Notes under the pieces: generated by a model
Database searches by the model: none
Told to the model about the DNA's origin: nothing
What the model saw: only the letters and a program-made list of their open reading frames with translations
Position numbers and translations under genes: made by a program
Assembly (NCBI GenBank): GCA_000989305.1
Contig: LBTB01000006.1
Coordinates: forward strand, 2,448 to 66,447
Origin: Candidatus Shapirobacteria bacterium GW2011_GWF2_37_20
GTDB lineage: Bacteria > Patescibacteriota > Microgenomatia > UBA12405
DNA length: 64,000 bases
Direction: 5' to 3'
In this document: in pieces, positions 56,294 through 64,000 of the stretch
Layout of the letters: each line of letters starts with the position of its first letter
Numbering within the stretch: position 1 is the stretch's first letter

Positions 56294-56442
56294 AGAACCT
56301 CCAATACACTTTATTTGCTATCGAAAAGAGTTACTCTGAACACACAAGGAAGGAGAAAGAGAATAAATCAGAGAGCATTTTAATGTTGATAGTAAAAAAG
56401 TGAAATATATAAATTTAAAAATTGATTTTAAGTCTATGTAGT

Positions 56443-57081
56443 TTACCTGTTTTTTCCTAATTCGTCAATTGCAATTTTTATGTCAGAATAGGCAAAACCC
56501 TTTCTAATTAATGAGGCAATTAATTTGTTTTTGACTGAGTCTTCCACAAGATTTATTGATAAGAACTTTTTTTTGGCTAATAGATCTTTTATTTTTTGAA
56601 CATCATCACTCTGATAGTCTTGAGGGAAAGTAAGGTGATAGAAAGAAAAAAGACGAGAAAGATATTGACGAGAATGTTTTTTGTTTTTACGAAGAAGATA
56701 ATCGGAGAAGGTAGCTTCGTCAAGTAAGTTTAGGGATGATAATTTGGAAACAACCTGATCAATGAGAGAAGAATAGTCACCGCTTAATTTATATTTACGA
56801 AGATAGAAATATAATTTTTGTTTGATTTTAGGCGAAAGAGTTTGGGCAATTTTTGGAGAAAGGGCAATTTGGTTAAGGGAATAGTTATAGAGAAGATAAT
56901 AGAGAGAGGCGGTTTTTATTTTTTCGAACAACTCTTCACTTATATCTAGACCAGCCTTGAGACCCAGGGTAACGAGATCGTCAATATAGAAAGGCAACTT
57001 AGAAGAATCACTAAAGATGAGCCAAACCCGATTATTAGTCCTGCGACTAGGCAGAATCCGGAGTATTTGAAGTGGCATCAT
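56443..57081 (-). CDS. recX: RecX family regulator
   Basis: Directly after recA; [26 protein letters not shown]. Confidence 0.75.
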   Translation of the reverse strand: MMPLQILRILPSRRTNNRVWLIFSDSSKLPFYIDDLVTLGLKAGLDISEELFEKIKTASLYYLLYNYSLNQIALSPKIAQTLSPKIKQKLYFYLRKYKLSGDYSSLIDQVVSKLSSLNLLDEATFSDYLLRKNKKHSRQYLSRLFSFYHLTFPQDYQSDDVQKIKDLLAKKKFLSINLVEDSVKNKLIASLIRKGFAYSDIKIAIDELGKNR

Positions 57082-58126
57082 TGGCTGCGCTTTTAACTTT
57101 TTCCCAAATAAGTTTTGTCAATTCTTTGGCAAGCTTCGGGTTATCTTTAAGATATTTTTTAGAAGCTTCGCGGCCTTGAATATTTTGGTCACCGATTTTA
57201 AAGAAAGCACCGGACTTGGTAACTAGACCGTAAAGAACAGCCATATCGATAAGTGATCCGTTAACTGAAATACCTTCGGTGTTCATGATATCGAACTCGG
57301 CTTCCTTGAAAGGAGGGGCAACTTTGTTTTTTACAATCCGGGCGCGATGTTGAGAACCAATCGACTCACCGCCAGAGGTCTTAATGTTGGCAATTTTTCG
57401 GACATCAATTCGGACTGAAGAATAAAATTTTAGGGCTAAACCGCCGGGAGTAGTTTCAGGATTACCAAACATAACTCCGATCTTTTGACGTAATTGATTA
57501 GTAAAGATAACCACCGCTTTTGATTTACTGATAGCACCGGTTAATTTTCTGAGAGCTTGAGACATAAGACGGGCTTGAACCCCCATCATTGAATCCCCCA
57601 TCTCCCCTTCAATTTCAGCCTTAGGAACAAGGGCAGCAACTGAATCAACGACAATAACATCAACCGCGTTGCTACGGACTAAAGTTTCCACAATTTCCAG
57701 AGCTTGCTCACCGTTGTCGGGCTGAGAAATCAATAAATTGTTTAAATCGACCCCAACGGTGGCGGCACGGACGGGTTCTAGGGCATGTTCGGCATCAATA
57801 AAGGCGGCAGTACCACCCATTTTTTGGGCTTCAGCAATAACATGGAGAGACAAAGTAGTTTTTCCGGAAGCTTCGGGTCCAAAGATTTCCGTAACCCGAC
57901 CACGGGGTAAACCGCCGATACCGAGGGCAATATCTAAAGTGAGACAACCGGTGGGGACCACCTCGATATCCATATCGGTTCGCTCACCCATTTTCATAAT
58001 AGCGCCATCACCATAAGCCTTGGTGATTTGTTCCATTGCCAGACGAACGGCTTCATTTTTTTTGTTTTGGAGACCAGAAGCACCAGAGGCGGCTGATACT
58101 TTTTCTTTTATTTTTTTATTTTTCAT
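57047..58126 (-). CDS. recA: Recombinase RecA
   Basis: [53 protein letters not shown]. Confidence 0.99.
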   Translation of the reverse strand: MKNKKIKEKVSAASGASGLQNKKNEAVRLAMEQITKAYGDGAIMKMGERTDMDIEVVPTGCLTLDIALGIGGLPRGRVTEIFGPEASGKTTLSLHVIAEAQKMGGTAAFIDAEHALEPVRAATVGVDLNNLLISQPDNGEQALEIVETLVRSNAVDVIVVDSVAALVPKAEIEGEMGDSMMGVQARLMSQALRKLTGAISKSKAVVIFTNQLRQKIGVMFGNPETTPGGLALKFYSSVRIDVRKIANIKTSGGESIGSQHRARIVKNKVAPPFKEAEFDIMNTEGISVNGSLIDMAVLYGLVTKSGAFFKIGDQNIQGREASKKYLKDNPKLAKELTKLIWEKVKSAANDATSNTPDSA

Positions 58127-58206
58127 TGATTAAGTAATAGCAACCGCGACTATATCAAGTCAAGGAGTAAAACCGAAGAAAAGACGAAGCATGGATAGAT
58201 ATTTAT

Positions 58207-59634
58207 CTAATTAACTGATGGCCATGTTTCAGGACTTATGACGAGAGAATATTTGATACTCAAAAACACGCCTAAAATAAATAGGACATAAATTAGGATT
58301 TTTTGTATTTTAATTAAAGTTTTGTTTGAGCTTAAATAAGTCAAACAAACAAAAAATAAATAAAGAGTATATATAAAACGCCAAAAACTAGTAAAGTGGG
58401 GAAAAATATTGGTAACACCAAGTTTTGGAAGTAAAATTTGGATTGGTATTGAAATCAAGATGGAAAGGGCGGAAATGATATTGATATCGTCCAGGAAATT
58501 GAACATAACGGCGAGGGAAAGAATTAACCAAGGAAAAAAAGGGTAAATATACCAACCATAAGATTCGCTACCCAAAAAAAGGAAAAAGATCAGACAAACA
58601 AAAACCGGAGCACTTATAAGACATTTTTGGTAATTATTTTTGTTTTTTACAAGAAGAATTAACCAGGAAAGCCAGCCACATATTAACCAACCGTCGGTAA
58701 TTGAGAAAGATCCGGTAATTTTGGACTGATTAAGTAATTGGTAAAAAGCAGATATTCCTATTCCATATGTACGTTGGGCGTGAAAAAAAAGTACTTGAAA
58801 AAAAGCTTGAGGATTTAACGCCAATCCATAGACCAATAAAGGAATTACTCCAAAACTAATACTTATAAGGGTAAAAATTATTGCTGGTTTGAATCTTTTT
58901 TTGAATTGAACTGGTGACGAATATAAAATCAGTAAAAATCCGGAGGCGGTAATCATTAAAGCTGGTATCTTAAACCAAATGCCTACTCCAGCGATAAGTG
59001 CAGAGAAAAAGAGATAAATATAATTGCTCTTATTTTGAAATAACTTAATAAAAATAGTTGAGATAAGAAAAAGCGGAATAAATGCATTTTCGGCTTGAGG
59101 AAGACGGTTGGCAACAACTATTAAGGGGGAAACGGAATAAATAAGAGCAGCTATAATACCGGTTTTATAATTAAAATAAAGATAGCCAATTAGAAACAAA
59201 AGTAAAATATTGAGAGCACCCAGATAAACCATGGGTTTCCTGATAAGAACGGTGGTGGCATCTTCCAATACGCGGGCACCTTTTAGGTAAGCAAAACCGC
59301 CAGTTAAAATTCCCATCCCGGGAGGATGGTCAAACCAAGGAATGTGTAAATAAAATGGATTACCATGGGCAGTCCCGGTTTGATAAATATTGTCAACATT
59401 AATGTAACGGTGAATTGGTTGATAAGAATCACTTTCTAAATATGACCACCCGATGGGAACGCCCAATTCTATAAGACCTAAACCGCTCCAGGCGTTGGCA
59501 TATTCATCAGAGGAATCACCCGGTCGGGGAACAGAGCTGTAGTTTTGAAGCCTGAGCCTAAAACCTAAAAAACAAATTAATAAAATACTAATTATTTTGA
59601 CGGTATTAATTAACGATTTTTTATTTAATTCCAT
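58207..59634 (-). CDS. GT-C membrane glycosyltransferase (GT39/ArnT/PMT-like)
   Basis: First TM followed by SDEY, FDHPPG, AALIYSVSP, many TM helices. Confidence 0.8.
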   Translation of the reverse strand: MELNKKSLINTVKIISILLICFLGFRLRLQNYSSVPRPGDSSDEYANAWSGLGLIELGVPIGWSYLESDSYQPIHRYINVDNIYQTGTAHGNPFYLHIPWFDHPPGMGILTGGFAYLKGARVLEDATTVLIRKPMVYLGALNILLLFLIGYLYFNYKTGIIAALIYSVSPLIVVANRLPQAENAFIPLFLISTIFIKLFQNKSNYIYLFFSALIAGVGIWFKIPALMITASGFLLILYSSPVQFKKRFKPAIIFTLISISFGVIPLLVYGLALNPQAFFQVLFFHAQRTYGIGISAFYQLLNQSKITGSFSITDGWLICGWLSWLILLVKNKNNYQKCLISAPVFVCLIFFLFLGSESYGWYIYPFFPWLILSLAVMFNFLDDINIISALSILISIPIQILLPKLGVTNIFPHFTSFWRFIYTLYLFFVCLTYLSSNKTLIKIQKILIYVLFILGVFLSIKYSLVISPETWPSVN

Positions 59635-60121
59635 AATATTGAATAAGGTAATTAAGAGTATATTCGGGATTGAGACAATCTATACTTCCCTTTTTTGTAG
59701 CAATGTCATCCCAAGTAACTTTGCTTTGATTATTTATTAAAATTTTTCGACCTAAATAACATGTCCATTTTTTTTCGTCAAATACTTCTGACGGAGGAAA
59801 ACCAATTATTCTGGCATATTCATTGATAGTGTTTTTCCAAGATTTTTCCCGAAGAACAGTAGTAGCAAAAGTACTGTTTTTTACTCCCTGAGGGCAATGA
59901 AAACTTATTTTTACCCAATTATCCCCAATGTTTGGATCACCACTAATAATGGCATCGCAGGGAGAAAGATATTTGGTCCGCCACTGGGAGGGGGTGGAAA
60001 TTATTGACTCTAAGGCTTTTGACGAAAATAAGTGATTTTGACGATAGCGGATAAAGAAATAGATAAAGACAGAAAATATAAAGAGAAAAATTAGATAGGT
60101 AATAATTACCTTTCGGGACAT
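59621..60121 (-). CDS. Hypothetical membrane-anchored protein
   Basis: N-terminal TM, four Cys; TATAAT 7 nt before the ATG. Confidence 0.6.
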   Translation of the reverse strand: MSRKVIITYLIFLFIFSVFIYFFIRYRQNHLFSSKALESIISTPSQWRTKYLSPCDAIISGDPNIGDNWVKISFHCPQGVKNSTFATTVLREKSWKNTINEYARIIGFPPSEVFDEKKWTCYLGRKILINNQSKVTWDDIATKKGSIDCLNPEYTLNYLIQYYGIK

Positions 60122-60136
60122 ATAGTCGATTATAGC

Positions 60137-61492
60137 TTATCGTTTGTATAGTCGCGAGACAGACAAGAGATGAAAATCCTTTAAAATCTGGCGAGTAAGC
60201 ACTAAATACGTCAAAATATTGACCAACGAAAACAACCAGGAAAAAATTTGGTTGTTTTCTAAAAATGGTATTGGAATGGCTGGAAAAACCAAATACATAC
60301 CGATAAGGTAAATAGTCGATAAAACAATAAAATAGGGAAAATATTTAGATCTGTAAATTGATAAAAGTAGGAGTGAAGCAATGCCAATAAAGAGATAACG
60401 TTCATGCATACTAGTTAAAAACAACCATCCACCAAAAGCACTAATGAAGAGAGAAGCAAAAATCGACTGAATTTTTTTATATTTAACAACTGAAAATGAA
60501 ACGATTGAGACGAAAAAATAGGCGATATAACCTAATATGGTAATTTTTTGGATAACAAGATCGTCGGTAATGGCAGCGTCTTTTCCGGAGACAAATAGAC
60601 GCCAAAAATTTAAAGAATCAACAGTGATTATAGGTTTTAATGTTAAAAAAATACGAGTATACAATTCGTGAAAGATGTAATTGATGGGTGGTTTTGAAGT
60701 AAATAGTGAAACAATAAAAACGGTGAATAAGATTGCTATAGTTCCACCAAAAAATAATTTCATAATTGATTGTCGCTGTCTAAACCAAATCCAAAGATAT
60801 AGGGGGACTAAAATTAGTCCAGTAGGTTTTAGATTAATGGAAATTGCAAATAATAATGGTGACAGCCATGATTTTTTAGAACCGTTTAATAAAATAAAAG
60901 AAAGTATTAAAAAGATAAAAGAGAGTTGGTCTGACTGACCCCAAAGAGCCGACAAATACCAACTAAAAGGTAAAAATAGAAAGGCTAAAACATATTTCTT
61001 CCAATCTACATGATTTTTTTTACAAAGGTAGTAAACAATAAGGGCAATTATAATATCGGCAATAATCATGGGAAACTTGATGCAAAGTACAATTCCTTTC
61101 AGAAAATAACTATTTTCAAAATGAGCCTCACCAAACCATTTGGTGAAAGCAAAAAACCAAAGAAATTTGGTAGGAGCCAGACGATTTAGGGCAATAAAAT
61201 TACCAAGATTAGAAAAACACATCATCAAAAAACTGTGAAATTGATAGGCCCAAAGATAGACCAGGGAAATTAAAGGCGGATGGTTTGGCCAATAACCGGA
61301 TATCCATTGGTTCCAGTCGTATAAACCCATGGGGCCATTTTTATACATCCATCCACCCCATTCAGCCTGAGTAGTTAAATCACCGTGAGTACTCAAGGGT
61401 GAAATGGCTAAGCGAAAGATAAAAGCAATAAAGAAAAGGGAAATTAAGAGACGATGTTTTTTAAAAAAGGTCGATATTTTTATTGCCAACAC
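60137..61492 (-). CDS. GT-C membrane glycosyltransferase (GT87/PIG-M-like); start refined to GTG 61492
   Basis: HGD, PNHPP, KFPMIIAD, SALWGQSD, LKP, MHERY. Confidence 0.8.
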   Translation of the reverse strand: MLAIKISTFFKKHRLLISLFFIAFIFRLAISPLSTHGDLTTQAEWGGWMYKNGPMGLYDWNQWISGYWPNHPPLISLVYLWAYQFHSFLMMCFSNLGNFIALNRLAPTKFLWFFAFTKWFGEAHFENSYFLKGIVLCIKFPMIIADIIIALIVYYLCKKNHVDWKKYVLAFLFLPFSWYLSALWGQSDQLSFIFLILSFILLNGSKKSWLSPLLFAISINLKPTGLILVPLYLWIWFRQRQSIMKLFFGGTIAILFTVFIVSLFTSKPPINYIFHELYTRIFLTLKPIITVDSLNFWRLFVSGKDAAITDDLVIQKITILGYIAYFFVSIVSFSVVKYKKIQSIFASLFISAFGGWLFLTSMHERYLFIGIASLLLLSIYRSKYFPYFIVLSTIYLIGMYLVFPAIPIPFLENNQIFSWLFSLVNILTYLVLTRQILKDFHLLSVSRLYKR

Positions 61493-61739
61493 AAAATTAT
61501 TATACAATTCAAAAGTTAATTGGGAAGACAAAGATCTAATTCGTTTTAAATAGGACTGGGGAAAAATTAGAAGGGACTAAGTCACAGTTTACATTAAAGA
61601 AAAACAAAAATATATGTATTGTTTTCTAAACATAAGTCACTTATCATGAGTTTAATACAGGTGTTGGTAAATTAATATTTTTATCCTGTTTATAGTCATT
61701 TTTTATCTTGCCCCGATAAAAAATTGACAGATAGTTCAT

Positions 61740-63224
61740 ATGAAAAATTATCATGAACGAAAAGGGGCGCTTAGCAGTATTGGAACAAGCGGTATAGATT
61801 TGGTAACTTTTGGAGCCAGCGGAGGAATGGTAACAGGATCATGTGAAAGATTAGATATAAAAAACTCAAGTGTTTTGGTGGATTATGGTTTATTTCAAGG
61901 AAGAAATGACGAAAGATCGGAAAAAGGTGAAAGAAGAAATTTTACTCCAACAAGAGAAATTGCCAGGAATGTGAGAGATATTATGATTACACATCCACAT
62001 ATTGACCACACCGGTCGATTACCAAAGGCATATCGAGATGGTTTTACTCCTAGAGTATTGGCAACAGAAGTCACGGCAACATTTATGGAGCCATTGTTAT
62101 TCAATTCAGCTAAGATACAAAGTAAAGAGAACAAAGAAAACAGACTTTATGAAGCAAAAGATGTTGAAAAAGCTTTTAGATATTTAAAAATTGTTGAACC
62201 GTATAAAGAAATTCCTATTGGACAGGATCACAGTAAAATTACAGTGGAATTTCTACCAAATGGCCATGTAATGGGGGCAAATACAGTATTAATTAGAAGT
62301 AAAGAAGACGGGAAAAAACAAAATATTTTATTTACTGGTGACATGGGAAAACCAAACCAATCATTGAGTGGTGGATATTTAGACCAAGTAGCTAAATACC
62401 CAAATGATCAGATAAATACACTGATAGTGGAATCAACAAACTTTCTGAATGAGCCGGTAAGCTTTAAAGAAAAAGAAGATAATCTATTAAAAGAAATTAC
62501 TAACACATGGAAGGGCGGAGGAACTCCGATTTTACCAGTACTTTCTTTCCACCGTTTTCAAGAAATACTGGAAGTTTTACATAATAATCAGGGAGGCAGA
62601 ATACCAAATGATTGTCAGGTGATTATTGATGCACCACTGGGAGTAAGCCTGCTAGAAAGCTTTAAATCACTTAAACCTGAGGCATTAACAAGACGATATG
62701 GTGATGAGGCAAATTTCTACAGAACACTGGAAGATAGTTTGGATAGATTTACATTAAATAATGTGACCATTGTTGAAGAACATAAGACTTCTTTACAAAT
62801 TGCTGAATCAGATTTTCAAAGAAAGACAATAATTATTGCTGGCGGCGGTATGGGCCAACATGGACGGATAGTTAATTATTTCCATGGTGACTTTTGTAAA
62901 AATCCTAAAAACAGGGTTATTTTCACATGTTTTCAAGTGGACGGAACAAAAGGTCAAATGCTTGAGCATTTAAAAAGTGTCCCTGTTGGAAGCAAACAAG
63001 GAGCTCAGGTGGTAAAAGTTGAAGGTTTTACCAGTCATATTAGTGGACCAGAAGAAACTTTTGCCTTTCTTGAACGATTTAATTTATCAAAACTAGGGAT
63101 AATAATTATTAATCACGGAAAAGATAATGCTAGGGTAGAAATGGCCAACGAATTTAGACGAAGAGATTATGATGCAAAAATAATTATCCCTAAATATAGT
63201 CAAAAAATAACAATCGCGGGGTAA
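61740..63224 (+). CDS. MBL-fold beta-CASP ribonuclease
   Basis: VTGSC, VDYGLFQG, THPHIDHTGRLP, GHVMG, FTGDMG, VEST, FTSH, NHG. Confidence 0.9.
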   Translation: MKNYHERKGALSSIGTSGIDLVTFGASGGMVTGSCERLDIKNSSVLVDYGLFQGRNDERSEKGERRNFTPTREIARNVRDIMITHPHIDHTGRLPKAYRDGFTPRVLATEVTATFMEPLLFNSAKIQSKENKENRLYEAKDVEKAFRYLKIVEPYKEIPIGQDHSKITVEFLPNGHVMGANTVLIRSKEDGKKQNILFTGDMGKPNQSLSGGYLDQVAKYPNDQINTLIVESTNFLNEPVSFKEKEDNLLKEITNTWKGGGTPILPVLSFHRFQEILEVLHNNQGGRIPNDCQVIIDAPLGVSLLESFKSLKPEALTRRYGDEANFYRTLEDSLDRFTLNNVTIVEEHKTSLQIAESDFQRKTIIIAGGGMGQHGRIVNYFHGDFCKNPKNRVIFTCFQVDGTKGQMLEHLKSVPVGSKQGAQVVKVEGFTSHISGPEETFAFLERFNLSKLGIIIINHGKDNARVEMANEFRRRDYDAKIIIPKYSQKITIAG

Positions 63225-63248
63225 AACAGCTCTTAATTAATGTAGATG

Positions 63249-63322
63249 TCGGGAATACAGGATTCGAACCTGCAACCTCACGCACCCCATGCGTGCGCGC
63301 TAGCCAATTGCGCCAATCCCCG
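63249..63322 (-). tRNA. tRNA-Pro (GGG), CCA not encoded
   Basis: Minus strand CGGGGATTGGCGCAATTGGCTAGCGCG-CACGC-atGGGgt-GCGTG-AGGTT-GCAGGTTCGAATCCTGT-ATTCCCG-A. Confidence 0.95.
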
Positions 63323-63357
63323 AGGAAGACAGTGCTATTTTAACATTATTTTTACGA

Positions 63358-64000
63358 TTAGCTTCGGAATAGTAGGAAAAACAGAAGTGAACGTAAATAT
63401 AGAGCGGCGTATTTAAATTTAGGTAAGGGTTCGTAAGGAAGCGACCATTGGTCATAAACACTTTGGAGGTGTCCTGAAATTTGACGGGCATTATCTCCGG
63501 AAAAATCAGTAGCGTTTAGAGCGTCGGAAAACTCAATTTTAAATCTTGGTAAAACTTTGCTAACAAAAGGAACAATGCGAAGAAAGTCAAAAACAGAGGT
63601 GCCACTGACGTGGGCCATAACAATTTTTGTAGTTTCGGGATATTTTAAATTTTTGACAATATGACCAACACCAGGGAGAAAATCGCGACCATTTTTAGAA
63701 CCACCGGCAGGAAAAACAGCTAAAAGAGAACCTTCATCGATTTTTTGAGTAGCTAGAGTGATACTTTTAATATTTTTTTGATGAGCGACTTCCTGTGAAT
63801 ATTCCGGACTAAAATGAATTTTATTTAATAGTCTGACTTTCCAGTCTGGTCGGGAATCATTGTTGATACGATGACTAATATAAACGGGGATAAGATGTTT
63901 GTTGATAGCCGGCAAGATAGATAAAACACCGTGCATGATAACTAAAAATATTTTGGGGCGATGGGGAACTGCCGCCAAAAGAAGTAAAACATCAGATTGA
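63358..64000 (-). CDS. Lysophospholipid acyltransferase (PlsC-like); N-terminus lies beyond the window end
   Basis: Frame is open to the edge (QSDVLLLLAAVP...); LIPV, VFPAGG, FLPGVG motifs. Confidence 0.75.
   Translation of the reverse strand, partial: QSDVLLLLAAVPHRPKIFLVIMHGVLSILPAINKHLIPVYISHRINNDSRPDWKVRLLNKIHFSPEYSQEVAHQKNIKSITLATQKIDEGSLLAVFPAGGSKNGRDFLPGVGHIVKNLKYPETTKIVMAHVSGTSVFDFLRIVPFVSKVLPRFKIEFSDALNATDFSGDNARQISGHLQSVYDQWSLPYEPLPKFKYAALYLRSLLFFLLFRS

Noticed and set aside
3643-62187. Many other 60-140 aa ORFs nested in or antisense to housekeeping genes
   Set aside because: They lie within confidently identified genes, lack motifs and are expected shadow ORFs.
63300-63491. 63-aa minus-strand ORF
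   Set aside because: Overlaps tRNA-Pro and the acyltransferase gene in another frame.
1-64000. Alternative genetic code (UGA=Gly, as in Gracilibacteria/Absconditabacteria)
   Set aside because: Conserved genes are full length under code 11 and TGA ends genes at expected positions (for example era and miaA).

Overview
Gene-dense, AT-rich bacterial chromosome segment, standard genetic code. The gene content and extreme compaction suggest a Candidate Phyla Radiation (Patescibacteria, probably Microgenomates) genome; this is inference. It holds many housekeeping genes (argS, gltX, aspS, lon, era, obg, rlmN, dus, trmD, miaA, ychF, recJ, recA/recX, rny, secDF, cca), tRNA-Gln(CUG), tRNA-Pro(GGG), a very short RNase P RNA, envelope-modifying enzymes and a cell-surface protein/sortase locus. 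No integrase, transposase, prophage or CRISPR array was seen. The most notable observations are: (1) a 1186-aa surface protein next to a sortase that looks like a two-in-one polyprotein (internal LPSTG-TM-basic sorting signal directly followed by a second signal peptide), with a recurring (G/S)QVLG motif; (2) a window-wide pattern of -10 boxes 5-8 nt before start codons, implying mostly leaderless mRNAs; (3) a type IV pilin fused to about eight knottin-like Cys modules; (4) a pyruvate kinase with the lid domain deleted; (5) a ~263-nt RNase P RNA; (6) several small ORFs below the ORF-track cutoff; (7) a frameshifted recJ. All family calls come from motif recognition by eye; no searches were run.
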